IMG/VR virus record: IMGVR_UViG_3300047498_000060
Span: 1 to 45,051 of that record
DNA: 45,051 nt
Strand: one strand, 5' to 3'
Source: a virus
The translations under genes and the position numbers were made by a program. Positions 8,677 to 18,581 of the stretch are shown piece by piece; position 1 is the first letter of the stretch, and every line of letters begins with the position of its first letter. The notes below the pieces were generated by a model. It was not told where the DNA came from and searched no databases. It saw nothing but the letters and a program-made list of their open reading frames with translations.

Positions 8677-10277
8677 TGCAGATCGCCCCACTCCGCCTGA
8701 ACGGATCCGTTCACCACGAGAGTCGTGTCTCCGGTAACTACAACAAGAAGGTTCTCTTGCCCGCCATCGAGAACGAGTGAAACCGCCCACCCAGCCGGAA
8801 CAGCCTGCGGTGTTCCGACGCTGTTACCTATTGCGAGACTCGCTACCGCGGCGCTTCCCATTGCATTCGCCGTTCCGCTTGTCTGAACGACGAACGCCCA
8901 GGTCAGCTCGAACCAGGCGCCGTCCACGGTGGTGGTGGACTGCAGACCCACGCTTACATGAAGCCGGGTCTGTCCTGGTGTTGTGAGACTGGAGATGGGA
9001 GACCCGGCTGTGCCAGGCAACGGGACCGTCAGGACTGTTACGGGGGTGTTATTCGTTGTTTGAAACGTCCTAGCCTTGGCTTGGCTCTGAGCAACGGTGC
9101 ATGGGGCAACAGTAGCGGGACGAAAAACCGTCTTGTCGTAGAACGTGGCGCCTGTCAGCACCAAAACGATCGACGGCGGCATGTCGGTGAAGTTGACTCC
9201 GTTGATCTGCACCCACAGTGCTGTCACGCCAGGCGGCACAGTTCCAACAGGCGCGGTATCGAAGTACCCCTGCAGTGCTACGGGGTAGGCCGTGTTGTTG
9301 TACACCGCGATCTGATAGCTGCCGAAGTCCGTCTGTACAACGACGGCCGGACCCGTGAGTCCTCCGTCCTCCAGCGTCAGAGTCCCCGTTGTCGACGACG
9401 GCAGCGCCCAGATGTTTGACCCATCGGAAAGCGACAGGTTAGCGTCGAAGTTGCCCGTAAACGGAGGGGTGTACCCAAGAGCCACCGACTTCACGTCCCA
9501 TTGGTTCTCTGCGGAAGACCACTTGAGGGTGAAGGCCCCGCCCTGGATGTCGCAGTAAATCGTTGTTGCGGACGTGAACGGGAACTGCGGATAACGAAGC
9601 ACGTGACCCCCCTGCGCCGTCAGGTGCAGTGGGTACGTCTGCCACGTTCCAGTACCATCGATGAAGGTGAGCTCGAGGCCATCAAGCGGTGTACCCGTGA
9701 ACGTCAGATCGATGGTGGCACCTGACTCAACAAGGTAGACAGTATCGGCATCCGGAAGAGCAAGATTGCCCGTCGCACTGATGACCGTCGGCGGGGTTAC
9801 GCCACCTCCTCCGCCCAGCGTAAGGACGTACGCAAGGACAGCCTCAAAGAATGGCGCGTAGCCGCGCTCATTCGGTGCGCCTGTCGTTGGCGGGATGAGA
9901 ACGTTGTCTTCTCCAACACGCTCCCCAAAGGCCGGCAAACACAACCCGTGAAACAGTAGAACGCCTGTGCTGCTGTAGCGAACGCGTATTACGAGAACAA
10001 CGATGTTCCCCAGACCTCCACTGTTTGTAACGAGCTGGATACGATAAGTTCCGGGGATGTCCGGTGTGAAAGTCGCCGTCGCTGTTGTCGAGCCAGAGAA
10101 GACCGCCGCACTGCCCGGCGGAACGTCCAAGAAGGACCATTGCCACGCCGTGTTCCCCGAGAGCACGCTGTGGCAGACCACGGGCTGCGTGAGCCAGATG
10201 TCATCGCGCGCAACGCCAGGAGTACCGACCGGGGTCGGGTTGGCGGCCTGGTCAAACCTGATCTGTGCGCCGGGCAT
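8673..10277 (-). CDS. Putative tail fibre protein with N-terminal PKD/Ig-like domain
   Basis: WQWSFLDVPPGS...ATFTPDIPGTYRIQL (PKD-like); central fibre-repeat-like segment; AGGAG SD. Confidence 0.65.
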   Translation of the reverse strand: MPGAQIRFDQAANPTPVGTPGVARDDIWLTQPVVCHSVLSGNTAWQWSFLDVPPGSAAVFSGSTTATATFTPDIPGTYRIQLVTNSGGLGNIVVLVIRVRYSSTGVLLFHGLCLPAFGERVGEDNVLIPPTTGAPNERGYAPFFEAVLAYVLTLGGGGGVTPPTVISATGNLALPDADTVYLVESGATIDLTFTGTPLDGLELTFIDGTGTWQTYPLHLTAQGGHVLRYPQFPFTSATTIYCDIQGGAFTLKWSSAENQWDVKSVALGYTPPFTGNFDANLSLSDGSNIWALPSSTTGTLTLEDGGLTGPAVVVQTDFGSYQIAVYNNTAYPVALQGYFDTAPVGTVPPGVTALWVQINGVNFTDMPPSIVLVLTGATFYDKTVFRPATVAPCTVAQSQAKARTFQTTNNTPVTVLTVPLPGTAGSPISSLTTPGQTRLHVSVGLQSTTTVDGAWFELTWAFVVQTSGTANAMGSAAVASLAIGNSVGTPQAVPAGWAVSLVLDGGQENLLVVVTGDTTLVVNGSVQAEWGDLQ

Positions 10278-10311
10278 TGCTCTGATCTCCTACACGCTGT
10301 ACCTGTACGGG

Positions 10312-10581
10312 ATGCCGTCCTTCAAGGAGCTGGACCCCGAGGTTACCAGGAAGCTGCTGGAAGGGCACGAGGACGTCCTGACTCCAGCCGTATTGAAGCA
10401 AGACGAGTTCTACCGGACGTGCCGCTGTCCGCGTTGCGGGAAGAGCTGCCAGAAGGAGTTCGTGAAGGGGCACACTTTCTCTGACGAGAACAACATTGCG
10501 CCGAGATCGTGTCTCCGCTGCACCTCCTGCAAGTGCCTCTTCGATCCGCACTCTGGCCTCGTTCTCGAGAACGCGGGCTAG
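10312..10581 (+). CDS. Zinc-ribbon protein (CPRC ... CTSC), 89 aa
   Basis: Fills the gap between two minus-strand structural genes; two CxxC pairs; GC3-rich codons. Confidence 0.75.
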   Translation: MPSFKELDPEVTRKLLEGHEDVLTPAVLKQDEFYRTCRCPRCGKSCQKEFVKGHTFSDENNIAPRSCLRCTSCKCLFDPHSGLVLENAG

Positions 10582-13500
10582 TTCCCGCTGCCAGAGATGT
10601 TCCTCGAGATCTGCAGCACGTCGGGGAAGAAGGCGGCAAGCCGGCCAGTGTTGAGCGCGTTCTGACTTCGTTCCGCAGTCAACGAGCGATCGACGTTGTG
10701 GATGATCGCAATGAGGTCGATGGGGTTCATCACGGACGTCGCGTTGCGGTTCGCGCAGATGTTCTCGAGGTCGCTGACGTTGAGTGTTCCGCTCGGAAGA
10801 ATCGCGGCAATGAAAGCTTCCACGTCTGAGGTGACGAGGTCAGCGGTCGAGCCCCCAAAGTAGACCAGGGTGAGCCGCACGAAGTAGGGGTTCAGGTGCC
10901 GCGCGAGCGGACTCGAGCAGATGACACGCTCGGTGTCAGCGGTGATGAAGTTGTTCGTATCCTGTACCGGCGCAGACTGGTCGTAGTTGACCTGGATGTT
11001 CTGCCCGCCCAAGAAGGTCGCGTTGTCTGGACTGTCACTCACTCCGGGCGCGAGGATAGAGGTCGACAGAATGAGCTTGGGGCGCTCGGCCGGCGAGAAC
11101 GAGAGGTTCGGATCGTCAGTGGTCAGGTAGTAGCCGTCAGAGTGGTAGTTGTCGACGGTGAGCTGGAGGCCCGCACCGAGGTTGTACTGCGGGCCCGTGC
11201 CCTGCGATACAAGCTGCACTTGGAAGCCGTAGAGCCCGCCACTCTCTGTGTTGGTGGACATCGTCGTAGAGACGATACGCTGCACTCCAGGGCGTAGAAC
11301 GGAGAACTGCTCCATCCCAGCTCCAGTACCCGCACTCGGGAGCACGGGGTCTACCTGGATGACGTTCACGTTACCGCCCGGGGCGATACTAGTGATGGTG
11401 TACGTCCCGGCATCTGGCGCCTCGTTGTTCTGGTCCACGCCCGTGATGAGCGAGAAGCCGAGAATGGCGTTCGCGGCTCCCGGACCTACGCCTGTTGTTC
11501 CAGAAGCTCCGCGAACAATGAGCGAGAGGGTAGGGCTGAACGTGAGCTGGTTGCTCGCATTGAGCGAACAGATGGTCGACCCAACGACGTTGTTGATCTG
11601 GGCGACCACGCCGGCGCGCGTCACATCCGTAGCGCCAATCGCAGAGCTGTCGTTGATGAAGATGATGGTCTTGTCCGGACCTCCGTCCAGGCTGATGGTG
11701 AGAGTCTTCGTGTTGAGGTTGACCACCGGATCAGCCAGAACCACGGTACCCGTCAGAGGAGCGAAGTCGATGATGAGCTCGTCGCCGTACTGGACGCCCT
11801 GTGTGACGAAGTTCGTGGAAAGTGACCGGAAAAAGGCTGCGTTCCCTAGGAGAGCCGTTCCCGTCGTGCCATCGAGCGGCTTCGCTCCACTGGGAAGTGC
11901 AGGGATGCGCTGGTACTTCTGCGAGGGGTCGGGGAAGTAGTTCAGCACCGATCCGTCCGCGGCGGTGTACGAGAAAACTGTGTTTCCGGTCACCTCGAAG
12001 CTGGTGGGGTCGATGAAGTAGAGCTCGACGGTGCCCAGCGAACGAGCGCCCACCTGTACGTGCGTACCGATCGCTGGGTTGAAGTCGTGGAGCGTGCGCA
12101 ACGGGTCGTATGCGAGGTCACTGAAAGGGATGTTCGGGACTGGGTCGAACCCATTGTCGTCGAGGACATTCGCCGCGAGCTGGAAGAACCCCACCTGATT
12201 GCCGTCCAGCGTCTGAGCAACATCGTAGCTGGCGTCGAGCGCTGGACGGAGCGAGGCCCAGCCGCCGTTGGCGTAGACCGTGGCCGAGGTGATGTCACGT
12301 GTGGTGAAGGTCCCCGTAGAGTACCCGAACAACAAGAACAACGCCGTTCCGCCGTTGACCTGCATCCCCGGCTTGATGGGCAGAAATCCGACACGGTTGG
12401 AATGGTTGTTGATGTCCGCGCCGAGCGTGACCACCGACCGCGGGATTGACGGCGTCGTCGCTCCTGCGATGGCAAAGCCAACCTGAGTGGCCACATCCGC
12501 CGGCGAGAGCCAACCGCCTGAGAGTGAGCCTGGGGTGAAGACCACGTTGACGATGACATGGTTGCTCTGGTCAGCGATGTTGAGGGTAAGACCAGAGAGG
12601 TTCAGCCCGGGAACACCGGTGTGTTCGGGGAATGGGGCAGAGACGAGACCCAGGATGCCGTCCTCGATGTCCGCTTTGACGCCGCTGCCGATGCTGGCAA
12701 AGCCGTTGGTCTGGCAGTCGACGGGCTTGGCATAGGGGATGGTTGTTCCGACCGGTTGTCCTGACGTGTCAAGCAGCTCGATAGAGGTAATGCGCACGAA
12801 GGGCATCACCATTCCTCCGTCGGTGTTCGGGGTGTAGACGACGTACGAGACATCGTTCACGCTCGAGGACAAGGGGCGATCCACGAGGATCTGATTGAAG
12901 AACGGATCTTGTACTGCCTTCACGGTGTAATGCCCCATGACGAGGCCGCCGTTCAGGAGCTGAAGAATGTCTCCCTCAGCGACCCCATAGTTCGCGAAGT
13001 CCACGCCGCTAGCAGTCGTCACAACTGACTGCCCTAGCACTGTCGACATATCGCTGCCGCTGATCTTCGTCTGCTTCGGATTCAGAAGGTCGATGAAGAT
13101 GCTGTCGCTGATGTGCCAGCGATACGCCCCGGTGACTTGTTCGATCGCCGGCGTGATGAGCAGCTGCGGAGAAGCACCTGCGATCTGCTGAGTCGTAAGG
13201 ATGCGGTATGTGCCGGCGTTTGGCGGATCGAGGATTTCGATGGAAAGCCCGTTGGCCTCCGCGTTGTTGAGCGCGGTCCAGACAGGGTCGTTGACGGAGT
13301 AGTTGCCGCCGGCGCCGGGAGCCAAGGTGTAATCCTCGAGCTCAACCCAGGAGGTGTTCGGTAGAGTCGGCGTGATGTTCGCGTTCAGAAGCACACCCTC
13401 AAGAACAGGATCGTCATCAACGATGTCGTTGAGGGTCAGCACCTTCACGTTGAAGGCGGAGCCCGCAACGTAGACATCAGTGCAGCCGCCGATGTGAACC

Positions 13501-14741
13501 TCTCCGTTCGGCATCTGGATAGTGCCGAAAGGCGTGTTCGGAAACAGGATGCCTCCGGGGATACCCGAAAGAGTCAAGGAGTTCTGCCGGAGCGTCCAAG
13601 CGAAGGTCGGGTTCGTCGTAGTATACGCAAGCACTTGATCAGCTAGATCGAGGGTCTGCGAGTTCACCACCGCGAGGACGGCGAGGTCACGCACGAGGGG
13701 CAGACTGCCCACAGGGAAGGCGTTGAAGACTGTCACCACGAAGCCGGCAGGAGCCGAACCCGTGGGTCCAATGAGTTGCGTGAAGTCGACGCCAGGATCC
13801 GTGGTCGTCATGCGCCGCGTGAGGAGGGCGCTCTGCCCGTCGGACACGGTCGCCATGAGGAAGCCGGCTGCGAGGATAGGGCCGAGCCCTCCTCCCGTGA
13901 GAACGTCGCGCTCCATCTCCGGGTCGTTGAACCCAATGGGAAAGCACGAAACAACCTCCGAGAGAGTGTTCTCAACCTGAAAGATGATGCCGCGCTCGGT
14001 GACGAGAGAGCGCTCGGTGAGCCCTTGCTCGATGCTGTTGACATACTCGACAACAGTCTGGGCATCGATACCGTTTGCGAACGCTACAAGGTTCGTAATG
14101 CGCGTTGCGCTCGCAACGTTGGCGATAGTGACTACGTCGTCCGCAGCGATGTTGTACTGGCTGCCCGGCGCCTCCGCGATGACGTTGACGTCGAAATAGT
14201 AGAGCGTGCCGTCGATGTTCAGCAGCATCTCGTCGACGCGTATGGACTGCGACTGCGTTGGGAAGAAGTGGTAGCCTTCCTGCGAGGTCACGAAGTTTGC
14301 AGGGGTCACGCCGATGCTCTGCGGAGACGCGAAGTAGATGCGGACGACACCCGTAGCGTACTTACCGCTCTCGATCGACGCGAACAGGTTGGCTCCGAGC
14401 GCCTGTGCCTCATCGGAGGTGAGGATGGTCGGGTTGGCGAACGACAGATTGTTCGCGACGCGCGTGATCTCACGGACGATGGGATTCCACAGAACGATGC
14501 CGGCCTTGACGAGCAGGTCCGTGATCGCGTCCCCCTCCTTCGTCGGCATGTCAGGGAACTGCTGGTTCAACGTCGTCTGAATGAAGAGTCCAATGTCGAC
14601 AGTGAACGGGTCCGTGCCCAGCCGCTGGAGGATGGGTTGTATGACGCTCACGGAATACGGACTGCCCGGCGAGAGGTCCAACGTCGGGTCGACGTTGTTC
14701 AGGCACTGCACGATAAAGGACCGTAAATCTGCGAGCGCCAC
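10578..14741 (-). CDS. Putative baseplate wedge protein (baseplate J / gp6-like N-terminus), 1387 aa
   Basis: ATGVVRIYF...VIAEAPGSQYNIAA...TNLVAFANG pattern of baseplate-J-like proteins; AAGGAGG SD; adjacent to a gp25-like gene. Confidence 0.7.
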   Translation of the reverse strand: MALADLRSFIVQCLNNVDPTLDLSPGSPYSVSVIQPILQRLGTDPFTVDIGLFIQTTLNQQFPDMPTKEGDAITDLLVKAGIVLWNPIVREITRVANNLSFANPTILTSDEAQALGANLFASIESGKYATGVVRIYFASPQSIGVTPANFVTSQEGYHFFPTQSQSIRVDEMLLNIDGTLYYFDVNVIAEAPGSQYNIAADDVVTIANVASATRITNLVAFANGIDAQTVVEYVNSIEQGLTERSLVTERGIIFQVENTLSEVVSCFPIGFNDPEMERDVLTGGGLGPILAAGFLMATVSDGQSALLTRRMTTTDPGVDFTQLIGPTGSAPAGFVVTVFNAFPVGSLPLVRDLAVLAVVNSQTLDLADQVLAYTTTNPTFAWTLRQNSLTLSGIPGGILFPNTPFGTIQMPNGEVHIGGCTDVYVAGSAFNVKVLTLNDIVDDDPVLEGVLLNANITPTLPNTSWVELEDYTLAPGAGGNYSVNDPVWTALNNAEANGLSIEILDPPNAGTYRILTTQQIAGASPQLLITPAIEQVTGAYRWHISDSIFIDLLNPKQTKISGSDMSTVLGQSVVTTASGVDFANYGVAEGDILQLLNGGLVMGHYTVKAVQDPFFNQILVDRPLSSSVNDVSYVVYTPNTDGGMVMPFVRITSIELLDTSGQPVGTTIPYAKPVDCQTNGFASIGSGVKADIEDGILGLVSAPFPEHTGVPGLNLSGLTLNIADQSNHVIVNVVFTPGSLSGGWLSPADVATQVGFAIAGATTPSIPRSVVTLGADINNHSNRVGFLPIKPGMQVNGGTALFLLFGYSTGTFTTRDITSATVYANGGWASLRPALDASYDVAQTLDGNQVGFFQLAANVLDDNGFDPVPNIPFSDLAYDPLRTLHDFNPAIGTHVQVGARSLGTVELYFIDPTSFEVTGNTVFSYTAADGSVLNYFPDPSQKYQRIPALPSGAKPLDGTTGTALLGNAAFFRSLSTNFVTQGVQYGDELIIDFAPLTGTVVLADPVVNLNTKTLTISLDGGPDKTIIFINDSSAIGATDVTRAGVVAQINNVVGSTICSLNASNQLTFSPTLSLIVRGASGTTGVGPGAANAILGFSLITGVDQNNEAPDAGTYTITSIAPGGNVNVIQVDPVLPSAGTGAGMEQFSVLRPGVQRIVSTTMSTNTESGGLYGFQVQLVSQGTGPQYNLGAGLQLTVDNYHSDGYYLTTDDPNLSFSPAERPKLILSTSILAPGVSDSPDNATFLGGQNIQVNYDQSAPVQDTNNFITADTERVICSSPLARHLNPYFVRLTLVYFGGSTADLVTSDVEAFIAAILPSGTLNVSDLENICANRNATSVMNPIDLIAIIHNVDRSLTAERSQNALNTGRLAAFFPDVLQISRNISGSGN

Positions 14742-14753
14742 GTGGGACCTCCT

Positions 14754-15413
14754 TCAGACAGCCAGGTTTGCGACGGCAGCCGTACCGGCTTGCGACAGAA
14801 GAGAGATGCTCGCGATGAGCGCACCTTCCTCCTGGTTGAACTCGGCGTTCGTCACGGTGGCGGAGAGTAACCGCTCTGCCGGAGGAATGGTGGGGTCTTG
14901 CGACTGGATGGTGATGATCTGCCGCTGCGTCTGGGTCACGCTCAGGATGATGGAGCTGATGATCCCGCCGGCGGAGGACTCGCTGTAGTACATCGAGAGC
15001 GGGGCGAGGGCGTTGCCGCCGACACGGGGCGCGAAGATGTCGCGGCCCGGTGTGGTGAGCAGGATCTTCAGGAAGACCTGCATCAGGCGGAGAATGCCGG
15101 AGACCTTCGAGGCCACCGGCGGGATCTCGAACTTGATGAGGGATCGCGGGGAGACCGTGAGCTGGTTCGAAACCACCGTCACCGAGGTGAGGGTCGCGTT
15201 GGCCAGGAGAACGGGCACCTGCGCGAGCAGACGGTTCTTCGAGAGAACAACGACGCTCGGGGAGGCGACGTCGTTGATGAAGACCTGCGAGACCGAGCTG
15301 AAGTCCTTGCCGTAGATATCGAGCGTCCGAGGCAACGCTACGGAAGGCAGGATCTTCGCCTTCGTCAACGGGATGATCGTCTGCGGGAACACCACCTGGA
15401 GGTCAATCGCCAC
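14754..15413 (-). CDS. Putative baseplate protein (IPT/TIG-like N-terminus, gp25-like C-terminus)
   Basis: LDIYGKDF...VFIND; LMQVFLKILLTTPGRDIFAPRVGG resembles gp25/lysozyme-like wedge proteins. Confidence 0.6.
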   Translation of the reverse strand: MAIDLQVVFPQTIIPLTKAKILPSVALPRTLDIYGKDFSSVSQVFINDVASPSVVVLSKNRLLAQVPVLLANATLTSVTVVSNQLTVSPRSLIKFEIPPVASKVSGILRLMQVFLKILLTTPGRDIFAPRVGGNALAPLSMYYSESSAGGIISSIILSVTQTQRQIITIQSQDPTIPPAERLLSATVTNAEFNQEEGALIASISLLSQAGTAAVANLAV

Positions 15414-15434
15414 ACGGGCAGCCTACCGCGCATG

Positions 15435-15473
15435 GCTAAGGAAAAGAAGGGCGGGGCCGCCCCTGGCGACCCC
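15435..15473 (-). terminator. GC hairpin plus pyrimidine tract ending in TTAGC
   Basis: Minus strand ...ggggcggccccgcccttcttttccttagc, immediately after the RNase HII stop. Confidence 0.6.
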
Positions 15474-16052
15474 TTACCTTGGCCGGATCCACTCCGGATG
15501 GCTCTTCATGGGCTCGTAAGACCGGCGGTGCCACGGGGTCATCCCGTGAGCTGCCAGGCCCGCATCGTGACGCGGATTGCGGTACCCGGCGCCCGTGTCG
15601 AAGCCCCAGTGAGGGTATTGCCGGTGGTAGTCTCGCATGTCCTCGTCGCGGTTGAACTTCGCGATGACGCTGGCCGCACTGACTGCCGGGAAGAGCGAGT
15701 CGGCCTTGGGGACAAGACGCGCCTTAGGGAACATCGGCAGCGGGACGTTCCCGTCGACGACGACCTCCGCCTGCGGAAAGAGGCGCAGCATTTCGTAGAT
15801 GGCCAGAGAGTGACACCAGACCATACAGTTCCGCACCCCGTACTTGTCGATGGCCTCTGAGTGGCTCTCCACGAGGACCGATGGGAGCCTGTAGAGCTCC
15901 GGGTAAAGCCGGGCGTGGTCTTCCTTCTCGAGCTTCTTGCTGTCGGTCAGCCCGGGCATGGTCCAGCCCTCGGGGACTGCGACAGCGCAGACGAGGAGAG
16001 GGCCAGCCCAAGAACCGAGGCCGACCTCATCGACGCCGATGATGTGCTTCAT
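15474..16052 (-). CDS. rnhB: Ribonuclease HII
   Basis: IIGVDEVGLGSWAGP, LTDSKKL, VVDGN, KADS...VSAASVIAK, HRRSY motifs. Confidence 0.95.
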   Translation of the reverse strand: MKHIIGVDEVGLGSWAGPLLVCAVAVPEGWTMPGLTDSKKLEKEDHARLYPELYRLPSVLVESHSEAIDKYGVRNCMVWCHSLAIYEMLRLFPQAEVVVDGNVPLPMFPKARLVPKADSLFPAVSAASVIAKFNRDEDMRDYHRQYPHWGFDTGAGYRNPRHDAGLAAHGMTPWHRRSYEPMKSHPEWIRPR

Positions 16053-16297
16053 GTGTCCCAGAAGGCGGCGAGGAGCTCCTCGGTGGCGAGGAGCTCCTCG
16101 AGAAGGGCCGAGGACAGGACGTCTCGCTGGAGAGCAAGCGCGTCTCGGCGCGTGGTGAGCTCGGAGATGAGGTTCAACAGCGAGGCCACCGGCGTGGGGC
16201 CTGTGCCGGACGTCGTGATGACAGAGGGCTCCTGGAAGGTCGCGACGAAGAGATGTGCCTCATCCTCCGATTCCGCGATCTCAATGACCTCCTTCAT
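16049..16297 (-). CDS. Hypothetical protein
   Basis: Probable start MKEVIEIAES at 16297 (ATGA overlap); contains an in-frame 18-bp tandem duplication near 16067-16100. Confidence 0.6.
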   Translation of the reverse strand: MKEVIEIAESEDEAHLFVATFQEPSVITTSGTGPTPVASLLNLISELTTRRDALALQRDVLSSALLEELLATEELLAAFWDT

Positions 16298-16503
16298 GCG
16301 TGTCGCGCCCGAAGAATCTCCAGGTCGGTAAGGCACAACGCGAGCTCTTCCGAAGGCCGTAGCCCCTTCTGGTACCCCAAACGCTCCTTCCTCGGAGTCA
16401 CCTTCGCAGCCAGTTCCGCGATTCGGTTCAGGAGCATTTTCTCTGTCGTTCGGATCGGTTCGTGGTCTTCGTCGCATAGAGTTGCTTTCTCACGCTTGGG
16501 CAC
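16294..16503 (-). CDS. Hypothetical protein
   Basis: AGGAG SD with GTG start; coupled ORF. Confidence 0.6.
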   Translation of the reverse strand: MPKREKATLCDEDHEPIRTTEKMLLNRIAELAAKVTPRKERLGYQKGLRPSEELALCLTDLEILRARHA

Positions 16504-16511
16504 GTGCGCTC

Positions 16512-16928
16512 CTATGTACCAGTAGGCGAAGTAGTAGTAGTACCCAGGACACCGAAGGGTACTTCAGTCGGCGACTGCTGCTTGACCGGGGTATTCACAT
16601 CCTGTGTGGGGTCCGGATCTGCAAACGCCGCCGGAGGTTGAGCCTTGATCTTCACCACAGCGGCTGTGACGTTGTTCAGGACGTTCTGGATGGCCTGCAA
16701 CGGGCTCGGGCGGTTCGGCGTCGGAGAAGTGGTCAACCGCGTGATCTGTGCCTGTGCGAGCTCCTCAAACGTGAGGGCGTTGAAAGACTGGGTCGTCTTG
16801 TCTCCCTCAACTGCAGCGTACGCGTCGCTGAGGGAGGTCCGGAGCTCTAGGTTCTGCTGCTGCTGTGCAGCGGTGGTGCTGGTCTGAGAGCCCGCAGTGC
16901 CGCTGTTACCCGAGGACGTTTCTCCCAT
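16512..16928 (-). CDS. Hypothetical Thr/Gln/Pro-rich protein
   Basis: GGAG SD; fits the gene tiling. Confidence 0.65.
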   Translation of the reverse strand: MGETSSGNSGTAGSQTSTTAAQQQQNLELRTSLSDAYAAVEGDKTTQSFNALTFEELAQAQITRLTTSPTPNRPSPLQAIQNVLNNVTAAVVKIKAQPPAAFADPDPTQDVNTPVKQQSPTEVPFGVLGTTTTSPTGT

Positions 16929-17409
16929 GCTCCAGCTCCTTCGCGTGGAGCCTTAGTAGAGCAGGGATCGTCTGCGCCTCATAGACGGACATCGAGCACG
17001 CAACGATCTTGATAGGCAGCGGCCATTCCCCGCCTTCAAGATGCGTTTTCAGGAGGGTGAGCGCCTCCACCATCGTCGCGCACTTCTGCGTGACGACAGC
17101 AGCACCTGGCGCGGGCGCGTAAGAGTACAGCACCTCCTGGTACTGGTCCCCCTTCGGTTGGTACGAGACCGCGCGCCGCAGGGGCTGTCGTGGTTCGGCT
17201 GCCGGCGCTTCAGAGGTGGGTTCGGGACGGCAAGCCGTGATGATGTGCGCATCGCCACGCGTCATCTGACCGAGCATCTGCCAACCTCCGTCGGCAAGCT
17301 CCTGGAGAACAGCCTCCAAAGACGCAGCGAACCTGTGTGGGTCTTTCTCGGCGACGACGTGTACCTTCCAGCGAGCACGCATAGGTTTCTGAGGAGGAGT
17401 CGCGGTCAC
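16906..17409 (-). CDS. Hypothetical protein
   Basis: ORF directly downstream of the nucleotidase. Confidence 0.65.
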   Translation of the reverse strand: MTATPPQKPMRARWKVHVVAEKDPHRFAASLEAVLQELADGGWQMLGQMTRGDAHIITACRPEPTSEAPAAEPRQPLRRAVSYQPKGDQYQEVLYSYAPAPGAAVVTQKCATMVEALTLLKTHLEGGEWPLPIKIVACSMSVYEAQTIPALLRLHAKELEHGRNVLG

Positions 17410-17985
17410 CTACTTCCTCCTCGCGAGCTTCTTCACCACGGCAATCACCTCGGGCCAGGACTGGGTGCAGAGAACGTAGTGCGGAAGCTCTTCGCGGAAC
17501 TGCGGGTTCTTCCAGTAGATGGGCTTACCGTCTGGATGCGCCTCGCGCCACTCCTTGAGGTTGCTCGGCTTGTCGTCGATGAGGGCGTCTCCGCGCACGA
17601 AGGCTTTGCGCTTCGCGTGGATGACGTTCTCGTGGGAGATGCCGAAGTACTTCTCGAGGGCAGCTTCGCGTTCGTGCGTCCACGTCCGCGATCCATGGAG
17701 GGGGCTCGTGACGATGATGACGTCCGAGATGTCCTGGAGCTCTTTCACGGCCTCTGCGGCTCCGGGATACGGTTGGATGCTACGCCCGCCCTCTTTCCTC
17801 AGCCGGTCATAGACTGCATCCATGTGTACTTGTGCCGCCGCAGGTAGCGACGAGAACACCTCCCAAGTGTGGATGTCATCGTGCGTGAAGCTATGTGGAT
17901 CGATATCGTGCAGCGTATCCAAGGTCGCTTGAATGAAGTTCAGCAACACTCCGTCCGCGTCGAGCAAAACAACTGGTCGATTCAT
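17410..17985 (-). CDS. HAD-family 5'(3')-deoxyribonucleotidase (NT5C-like)
   Basis: LLDADGVL (DxD), IVTSP, KAFVRGDALIDDKPSN motifs; start coupled to the HNH stop. Confidence 0.9.
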   Translation of the reverse strand: MNRPVVLLDADGVLLNFIQATLDTLHDIDPHSFTHDDIHTWEVFSSLPAAAQVHMDAVYDRLRKEGGRSIQPYPGAAEAVKELQDISDVIIVTSPLHGSRTWTHEREAALEKYFGISHENVIHAKRKAFVRGDALIDDKPSNLKEWREAHPDGKPIYWKNPQFREELPHYVLCTQSWPEVIAVVKKLARRK

Positions 17986-18512
17986 ACGTGTCTCCAAGTC
18001 TTTCCCTTCACCGCGGCCCCTAACGCTTGGCGCGTCACACCTAGCTCTTTCGCGAGGTCAGCTAGACGTTGGCCTCCTTCTACAGCCACGCGCGCATAGC
18101 GAACCAGATCAACGGTCAGTTTGGCGCAGTGCTGCGCCTCACCACGCGAACGCGTTTCTGGGTGGGTACGCGTACCGTTCCGGTCTCCGAAAGAACGACT
18201 CTCCTTTCGCAACTGCAGCGCCTGTCGTCCCTTGCTGGCCATGTCTCGCATGTTGTCCTGCTGAGTACCCGGACGTAGGTGCGCGGGGTTGCAGCAAGGA
18301 CGCGTGTCACAGAGGTGGAGCACCTGCGTCTCTGGCGAGAGGGGCCCATAATGAAGCTCGTACGCATAGACGTGCGTCTGCTTCCACTCTCCCGCGACCC
18401 ACAGGCTTCCGTACCCCGTGGAGGAGATGGCACGCACCCATAGCCAGCACGCGCCTAGACCCGGTCGATGTGCCGGAATCGGACCATTCTTGTCCAGGAG
18501 ATCCCAAAACAT
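17982..18512 (-). CDS. Free-standing HNH homing endonuclease with C-terminal HTH
   Basis: CWLW...GYG...HVYAYELHYGP...VLHLCDTRPCCNPAHLRPGTQQDNMRD; KLTVDLV...LAKELGVTRQAL. Confidence 0.9.
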   Translation of the reverse strand: MFWDLLDKNGPIPAHRPGLGACWLWVRAISSTGYGSLWVAGEWKQTHVYAYELHYGPLSPETQVLHLCDTRPCCNPAHLRPGTQQDNMRDMASKGRQALQLRKESRSFGDRNGTRTHPETRSRGEAQHCAKLTVDLVRYARVAVEGGQRLADLAKELGVTRQALGAAVKGKTWRHV

Positions 18513-18581
18513 GTTGCACCTCAAAAGAAAACGACGGAACAAGTTCCGTCGTTACTTCCATCCAGACCTACAGCCTGACTC

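Noticed and set aside
698-10277. Diversity-generating retroelement acting on the fibre genes
   Set aside because: No reverse transcriptase and no TR/VR pair with adenine-specific mismatches; the shared module is similar mainly at protein level
16067-16100. 18-bp tandem repeat (ggcgaggagctcctcg core x2)
   Set aside because: In-frame coding duplication (EELLA x2) with no evident regulatory role
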